Shown: positions 48,748 through 54,070 of the stretch, one piece after another
Position numbering within the stretch: the first letter of the stretch is position 1
Layout of the letters: the number at the start of each line of letters is the position of its first letter
Assembly: GCA_002376945.1 (NCBI GenBank)
Contig: DFOX01000015.1
Location: forward strand, 1-54,070
DNA: 54,070 nucleotides
From: Patescibacteria group bacterium UBA3530
GTDB lineage: Bacteria; Patescibacteriota; Minisyncoccia; Phycocordibacterales; UBA2100
Direction: 5' to 3'
Program-made: the position numbers and the translations under genes
Notes under the pieces: model-generated
Told to the model about the DNA's origin: nothing
Seen by the model: the letters and a program-made list of their open reading frames with translations, nothing else
Databases searched by the model: none

Positions 48748-50019
48748 ATGAAATTTGAAACACACACACTGAAAAACGGGATGAAAATTATACTCGCGCC
48801 CATGCAGGGAGCACAATCGGTAACCGTCATGGTGATGTCAGGAACAGGTTCTCGGTATGAGTCAGCGAAAGAGAACGGGATGGCGCACTTTCTTGAGCAT
48901 ATGGTGTTTAAGGGATCTAAAAATCGTCCTACGGCAAAAGTAATTGCTGAGGAAATTGATAGTGTCGGTGGTGTGTTCAATGCATTCACCGCAAAGGACC
49001 ATACGGCATATTATGCAAAGGTGGACGCACGACATTTTCAAACGGCATTTGATGTCGTGACTGATATTTTCCGCAACCCACTGTTTCCCAAAGGAGAAAT
49101 CGAGCGCGAACGAGGAACCATTATTGAAGAAATACACATGTACGAAGACATGCCCATGCACGCGATATTCCAAGTATTTGATAGAACGATACACGGAAAG
49201 CATACACAGCTCGGCCGCCCGATTTTGGGATCAAAGAAAAACATCAAGGCATTTACCAAAGCAGATTTTAAGCGGTACTTTGCGCGTAACTATATAGCCG
49301 AAAATTCGGCCATATGTGTTGCGGGATCTTTTTCCAAGACCACAGTGCTCGCAGAGGCAAAGAAGGCCTTCGCGGACATGCGTACGGGAGCGCTGCCGCA
49401 GCATGCACCGTATACTCACAAACAGGCAACACCACGTCTTGGAATTGCGTATAAAAAAACTGACCAAACGCATCTGATATTAGGAGTTCCTTCATGCGCA
49501 ATAGGTCATCAAGATGAAATGGTGGCGGAAGTTCTTGCACATCTTCTCGGTGGCGGAATGTCAAGTCGCTTATTTATACAAGTACGTGAGCGTCGCGGTC
49601 TTGCCTACTACATAAAAGCGGAGCAAGACGCATATGACGACACGGGGTTGCTCTATATGCGTGCCGGAGTGTCCAACAGGGCAACAAAGGAGGCGATTGA
49701 GGTTATACTCACCGAGGTTCGTAAACTTACCAAAACACTGGTCAAAGATACTGAGCTTGCCAAGGTAAAGGAGTATACAAAGGGACGCCTGTCATTGAGT
49801 CTTGATACAACTGATGCGCAGGCAGCATATATCGGATATAACGCTCTGGTAAGGAAATCATCAGAAGGTATTGAGACGTTCAATGCGGCGATTGATGCGG
49901 TCACTGCAGAAGACGTACGGCGCCTTGCAAAAAGGATTTTTACCACACAGAATCTTAATCTTGCGCTCATTGGGCCGCATACAAACGAGGCGGCACTCAG
50001 CAAACTCCTTAAGATTTAA
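48748..50019 (+). CDS. M16 (pitrilysin-family) zinc peptidase
   Basis: GMAHFLEHM (HxxEH), NAFT, LGGGMSSRLF..VRE.RGLAY. Confidence 0.94.
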   Translation: MKFETHTLKNGMKIILAPMQGAQSVTVMVMSGTGSRYESAKENGMAHFLEHMVFKGSKNRPTAKVIAEEIDSVGGVFNAFTAKDHTAYYAKVDARHFQTAFDVVTDIFRNPLFPKGEIERERGTIIEEIHMYEDMPMHAIFQVFDRTIHGKHTQLGRPILGSKKNIKAFTKADFKRYFARNYIAENSAICVAGSFSKTTVLAEAKKAFADMRTGALPQHAPYTHKQATPRLGIAYKKTDQTHLILGVPSCAIGHQDEMVAEVLAHLLGGGMSSRLFIQVRERRGLAYYIKAEQDAYDDTGLLYMRAGVSNRATKEAIEVILTEVRKLTKTLVKDTELAKVKEYTKGRLSLSLDTTDAQAAYIGYNALVRKSSEGIETFNAAIDAVTAEDVRRLAKRIFTTQNLNLALIGPHTNEAALSKLLKI

Positions 50020-50068
50020 CCCATTTCTCGTTCTGGCCAGACCCAGCCGAGATGCCGAGATTGAGTAA

Positions 50069-50425
50069 TTACGTATTACGAGGATGCAACAGCTTCTTGC
50101 CCTCTCCTGCTACTGTGGTCGCGACAAAGTCAATTACAATACCAAGCACCGCTCCTGCCAAGAGTATGCCTCCCCAATCTCCCGTTTTGTGTGCAACGAG
50201 CGCAACGAGTGCTCCAATTGCCGCACCACGAATGAGATACATTCGAAATCCAAAAAGCGGATGCAGGGTCACCACTCCGGCAATTCCGATAAAGAACGCA
50301 GTAGCGAAAATAACGAGACTGTTTTCGGCTTTTAAGAGAGCCACTGAATTGATGTAATTAAAAAGCATACCGACAAGAAAAGCGGTAATTATAGCGACGA
50401 TGAGTCTTTTTACCATTGGTTGCAT
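50069..50425 (-). CDS. Hypothetical membrane protein
   Basis: Four Gly-rich TM helices; downstream of MGMT-like gene. Confidence 0.65.
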   Translation of the reverse strand: MQPMVKRLIVAIITAFLVGMLFNYINSVALLKAENSLVIFATAFFIGIAGVVTLHPLFGFRMYLIRGAAIGALVALVAHKTGDWGGILLAGAVLGIVIDFVATTVAGEGKKLLHPRNT

Positions 50426-50432
50426 ATCATAC

Positions 50433-50705
50433 TTATGAACTTGTAAACACACCCTCTTGTTGTAATAGTAACTTCTTTTTCTCCTTGCCGCCCCGGTTAT
50501 ACCCACCAAGCGATCCATCTGAGTGAATCACACGATGACAAGGTACGTCACTGGAATAGTTGTGGGCCATCACGGTACCAACGGCACGCGCTGCTTCAGG
50601 AGAGCCGGCAGCGCATGCCACCTCTTTGTAGGTTCGTGTCTCTCCCTTTGGAATGCTGCGAACAACATCGCGTACTCGCTCGGTAAATGACAGTTCGTGG
50701 CACAT
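50433..50705 (-). CDS. O6-methylguanine-DNA methyltransferase-family protein
   Basis: IP.GETRTY, AARAVG, VPCHRV active site. Confidence 0.9.
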   Translation of the reverse strand: MCHELSFTERVRDVVRSIPKGETRTYKEVACAAGSPEAARAVGTVMAHNYSSDVPCHRVIHSDGSLGGYNRGGKEKKKLLLQQEGVFTSS

Positions 50706-50706
50706 A

Positions 50707-51495
50707 CTAGAAAAGGGTATCAGATTTCCGAGTCTTCACTCGATGTTCAAGCAGCATTTTCCCCGCAGCTTCTCGATAGGAGCAATAGTCACAATCACCT
50801 GATGCCTTTGGTACGCGAGGATCATCGAGACATTTCTTGATGTGCAGCAGTGTTTGATCAATCCAGCTATCATCTCCTTCGTAAGGTATGAGTGTCACAT
50901 CAAACTCGAGTGTGTTGTTAAAATCTTTCTTATCAGTATCGGCATTTGCATATACAAAGTAACCGGTAGACGAAACCGAAAATCCACTACGTCGAAGCAG
51001 CCATTGATATATTTCCATTTGGCGCTTATACCCCCGATGCCATTCTTGATCGAGCACTTCAATCTTCTCGTCTTTACTCGTTGCCTTGTAGTCGACGACG
51101 ATGAGCTCTCCCTGTGGGTTCACCCAAATATCATCAACCGCACCGGATACGGTAAATCCGGTTGCCGCATGCTCCACCACAATACCTTTAAAGTTCTCTC
51201 TCCATTCATCCATCATTTCATGTGCAAAAGGTACGGCATCAACACCATATGCAACCATCAAAGGGTGTGGTGTTTGAGCTCTTCGGTGGGCATCAAATTC
51301 TTTTTTAAACAACACATCAACCGCAGAGTTTAAATTAAAAGGAAACCCCGGAGGCCGTGCGGTGCCGAGCTTGTTATCAATATAAAAACAGCGAGGACAG
51401 TTTGCAAAGAGGTCAATTTTAGAACGAGAAAGACGCCATCGTTTTCCTCCGTAATTCCAGTTTGGATTTCGGTGTGGCTTATAAAAGTGAGACAT
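50707..51495 (-). CDS. PD-(D/E)XK nuclease (Cas4/AddB-like, Cys-containing)
   Basis: LSRS....CPRC, GAVDD, VVDYKA, QMEIY, C-terminal CDYC. Confidence 0.85.
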   Translation of the reverse strand: MSHFYKPHRNPNWNYGGKRWRLSRSKIDLFANCPRCFYIDNKLGTARPPGFPFNLNSAVDVLFKKEFDAHRRAQTPHPLMVAYGVDAVPFAHEMMDEWRENFKGIVVEHAATGFTVSGAVDDIWVNPQGELIVVDYKATSKDEKIEVLDQEWHRGYKRQMEIYQWLLRRSGFSVSSTGYFVYANADTDKKDFNNTLEFDVTLIPYEGDDSWIDQTLLHIKKCLDDPRVPKASGDCDYCSYREAAGKMLLEHRVKTRKSDTLF

Positions 51496-51497
51496 AC

Positions 51498-51986
51498 CTA
51501 TTCGTCACTTCTCCGTATCGGCTCAACGTTATGACGGCCAAAGTGAAGTTCGATCTTTGCCTCCACAAACCATATCGCGGTAAAAATAAAGAGTGTCAGT
51601 AATGTCGTGTATGCGGCAATACTGTAGAGTCCAAATCCAACGGCAACACCAACCCCGGATGTAATCCAAAGCCCTGCCGCCGTCGTAAGACCACGAAGGA
51701 GATTCTGGCGGAAAAGAATCAATCCGGCGCCAATGAATCCAACTCCGGTAATGATTGCAGCCGTGGTACGCATCGGATCAAAATTCGCCTTTCCGAGGTA
51801 GGTTGTGGTGACCACTACGGAGACAATGGTGAAGAGGCATGCGCCGAGTGACACCAACGCATATGTTCGCATTCCGGCACTTTTCCCTGCAATTGATCGT
51901 TCTGATCCTAAAATAAGACCAAGTACTGCAGCAACGGTAAGCTGAATGAATAGCGTCAATGTGGTAGGTTCAAACTCTAAAAACAT
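51498..51986 (-). CDS. MgtC/SapB family membrane protein
   Basis: LG.ER.....AGMRT.ALV.LGA, G.GFIGAG.I, GLTTAA.LW. Confidence 0.92.
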   Translation of the reverse strand: MFLEFEPTTLTLFIQLTVAAVLGLILGSERSIAGKSAGMRTYALVSLGACLFTIVSVVVTTTYLGKANFDPMRTTAAIITGVGFIGAGLILFRQNLLRGLTTAAGLWITSGVGVAVGFGLYSIAAYTTLLTLFIFTAIWFVEAKIELHFGRHNVEPIRRSDE

Positions 51987-51987
51987 A

Positions 51988-52482
51988 CTAGTTTGCGGTA
52001 AATGATTTAGTGATTACATTCCCAGTTGTATCCTTCAATGGAAAATCATTCTTTATATTAAAGAGTCGATCGTTATCATCGCTATACAACACTACCCAGT
52101 AGCGTAATCCTTCCGCAGTCGCTCGGAGTAATGGAATGGTAACGTCGGTGTATGTACCTGCATCCTTCCGCACTGCACCGAGTGCATTGCCAATCAGTCC
52201 ATCGGTCTCTTCGTGAATTACAATCCAGCCGTTATTTGCAAGTGTGACACTCGATACCGTTACCAAATCACCGGAAAGTTGATTGCGTACGGTAATGTCT
52301 TGGGATTCCACAACACCACCGGTCTCGGATTCGGCTGTCTGCATGTCAGTGGGTGTCGTGGTAATAGACTCCAACTCTGCTTTCGGACGATTGGTGTCGT
52401 ATACAATCGCTGCCCAGATAATAATGGCACCGGTGATAAATCCACCGATAAAGCTTAAAATGGTTTTATGTGTGCTGTTCAT
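51988..52482 (-). CDS. Membrane-anchored beta-rich hypothetical protein
   Basis: N-terminal TM, Thr-rich linker, V..Q..G..VTVSSV.L...GWIVIH pattern. Confidence 0.7.
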   Translation of the reverse strand: MNSTHKTILSFIGGFITGAIIIWAAIVYDTNRPKAELESITTTPTDMQTAESETGGVVESQDITVRNQLSGDLVTVSSVTLANNGWIVIHEETDGLIGNALGAVRKDAGTYTDVTIPLLRATAEGLRYWVVLYSDDNDRLFNIKNDFPLKDTTGNVITKSFTAN

Positions 52483-53344
52483 ATGAATCTATTGTACTTG
52501 GTAATGGAGCTTCTGTCATTTCACTGTGTAGCCGGCACAGCTCGCGCACCTCGTTGCGGACATTTTCGTGATCGTCATTACGCACGCCATACGAGCGAAG
52601 CGATTCACCGTCGAGTTCAAGTTGGCGACAGAGGACGAGATTTTTTTTCAGTAAGTATCTCTTCTGTTCTGCCGTGAGTGATGTCAAAGCAGTTATCGGA
52701 TGCACTCCCGCGCGATTGATTAGGACCTCAAGACCGCGACCACGCGGATAGTCCCACCCCAGTAAGTTCATTCCGGTGCAATTACCAAATCGTGCTGCGT
52801 TGCGTGTAAAGCGTGTGTTGGTGATAAGCCACCCCTCGTCTATTTTGGCATCAGCACTTTTCAAATCGTCAAAACGTGCCCGTACGTAGAGTGCAACTTT
52901 CAAGTCAGTCTTAATACCCAAACTATTGTGGAATTTAACCTCCGCGGCAACTTTCTTTCCCGCATGTACTGCCATGACGTCAACTTCGTGCGGCGCACAT
53001 TTCCCCTGAGCAGCGACACCAGTTTCCACATCGGTGTATTCCATGGTTTTAAATATCTCGGCAATAAATTGTTCAAAAGGAAAACCTGAAGGACCTAATT
53101 CAAGCACCGCGCGCTTTACTGAATAGCGTGCCGCCACAGGATCCTTCTCTCGTTGGCGGAGCAGCTCAAAGGCGTGTTCGTAAATTTCCTGAGTAGTCAT
53201 ACCATCACGTATTTCAGCAACGATATGATCAACAATACCTCTACGTATATCTTGTGAGGCACCGGCGTGTGCAAGCGACCGTTCAAGCTTTGATTCATGA
53301 AATGGCTCCTGTTCGCCATTCATTTTCGTTATGAGTATGGACAT
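52466..53344 (-). CDS. ATP-cone domain + Mrr-like restriction endonuclease domain protein
   Basis: ITKMNGEQEPF..SKL..SL (ATP cone); G..FE, EVDV, EVK, LITN. Confidence 0.85.
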   Translation of the reverse strand: MSILITKMNGEQEPFHESKLERSLAHAGASQDIRRGIVDHIVAEIRDGMTTQEIYEHAFELLRQREKDPVAARYSVKRAVLELGPSGFPFEQFIAEIFKTMEYTDVETGVAAQGKCAPHEVDVMAVHAGKKVAAEVKFHNSLGIKTDLKVALYVRARFDDLKSADAKIDEGWLITNTRFTRNAARFGNCTGMNLLGWDYPRGRGLEVLINRAGVHPITALTSLTAEQKRYLLKKNLVLCRQLELDGESLRSYGVRNDDHENVRNEVRELCRLHSEMTEAPLPSTIDSYEQHT

Positions 53345-53398
53345 GGGGGAAGTATATACCGTAGCGGGAGGAAAAGAAAATACGTATTTCGGGAAAAA

Positions 53399-53707
53399 CT
53401 ATTTCCGCTCCCATCGGTCTTTGTCTCGAGTGTTCAATTTATTCATAACGTGCTTAAAACCTCGATCCATATCAAGATTCAGCGAATTTGCAAGACAGGT
53501 AAGAGAAAAGATAACATCTCCCAATTCTTCCTCAAGATCAGCTGTGTCGTCCGTATCTTTCCTCTTCTTCGATCCGTAACGGTGGCTGACTTCACGAGAA
53601 AGTTCTCCAACTTCTTCCGCGATACGCGCGATACACTCTAGAGGTTCGAAGTACCCAATCTTACATTGTCGCACCCACATATCAACACTTCGTTGAATGT
53701 CCTTCAT
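53399..53707 (-). CDS. MazG-like nucleotide pyrophosphohydrolase (YpjD-like)
   Basis: EEVGEL and EEELGD motifs. Confidence 0.9.
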   Translation of the reverse strand: MKDIQRSVDMWVRQCKIGYFEPLECIARIAEEVGELSREVSHRYGSKKRKDTDDTADLEEELGDVIFSLTCLANSLNLDMDRGFKHVMNKLNTRDKDRWERK

Positions 53708-53728
53708 ATCAGAAAGTGTACCACAACA

Positions 53729-54070
53729 CTAGGCGACTACACCTCCTCCGATGCATTCCGTGCCCGCATAGACAACAATTGATTGTCCCGGGGCTACCAG
53801 TTGTGGGATCTGCATATGCACCACATCATTTTTGATAGTGCAGGCAATACGCTCTCCATGGTAGCGCACCTCACAAGTTAGATCGCGGTCTCTCACCTCT
53901 TGATTCCAATTCGTGTCGGTGAGTGGAATGGCCTCTTTCATTTCTTGCGAGTCATTTGGGTTTGTTGAAACCACAATACTGTTCTGCTCGGTATTCTTGG
54001 AGATTACATAGTGCACTTTTCGGTTTGCATTCGCATTATGCAGACAAAATCCGCTGCGCTGACCGAGTGT
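53729..54070 (-). CDS. mnmA: tRNA 2-thiouridylase MnmA, 3' partial
   Basis: TLGQR.G, VRYH, APGQSIVVY....CIGGG; truncated by window edge. Confidence 0.88.
   Translation of the reverse strand, partial: TLGQRSGFCLHNANANRKVHYVISKNTEQNSIVVSTNPNDSQEMKEAIPLTDTNWNQEVRDRDLTCEVRYHGERIACTIKNDVVHMQIPQLVAPGQSIVVYAGTECIGGGVVA

Noticed and set aside
50707-51495. CRISPR-associated Cas4
   Set aside because: No CRISPR repeats or other cas genes in the window; treated as a solo PD-(D/E)XK nuclease
1-54070. Alternative genetic code (UGA=Gly, as in Gracilibacteria/Absconditabacteria)
   Set aside because: Core genes translate full-length under code 11, with no in-frame TGA interruptions

Overview
A 54-kb chromosomal segment that looks like a Patescibacteria/CPR (Parcubacteria-type) genome. 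The inference rests on compact housekeeping genes, a TrbC/VirB2-like pilin, a C-terminally truncated AlaRS, a short archaeal-type AspRS and a divergent FtsA-like/baseplate-J-like gene pair. The window holds ribosomal genes (rpmG, rplU, rplI, rpmA, and infA-rpmJ-rpsM-rpsK-rpsD-rpoA-rplQ-rplM-rpsI), tRNA-Trp, several tRNA synthetases, cell-wall and segregation genes (murG, ftsW, mraY, dac, scpAB), grpE-dnaK-dnaJ and scattered orphan genes. The most notable signals are: (1) a ribbon-helix-helix protein inside the grpE-dnaK-dnaJ operon whose own TTGAAA-N17-TACAAT promoter is covered by tandem TGTRGCYACA palindromes, a candidate new chaperone repressor/operator; (2) a 28-bp 11-6-11 palindrome where gene orientation converges, a candidate dif/terminus; (3) a class II aldolase-like enzyme coupled to an orphan 7TM histidine kinase; (4) a leader-peptide/terminator attenuator upstream of a GNAT gene; (5) pervasive -10 boxes right before start codons, implying leaderless mRNAs; (6) miaA overlapping antisense its own substrate tRNA-Trp. 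All calls were made by eye from motifs; no searches were run.
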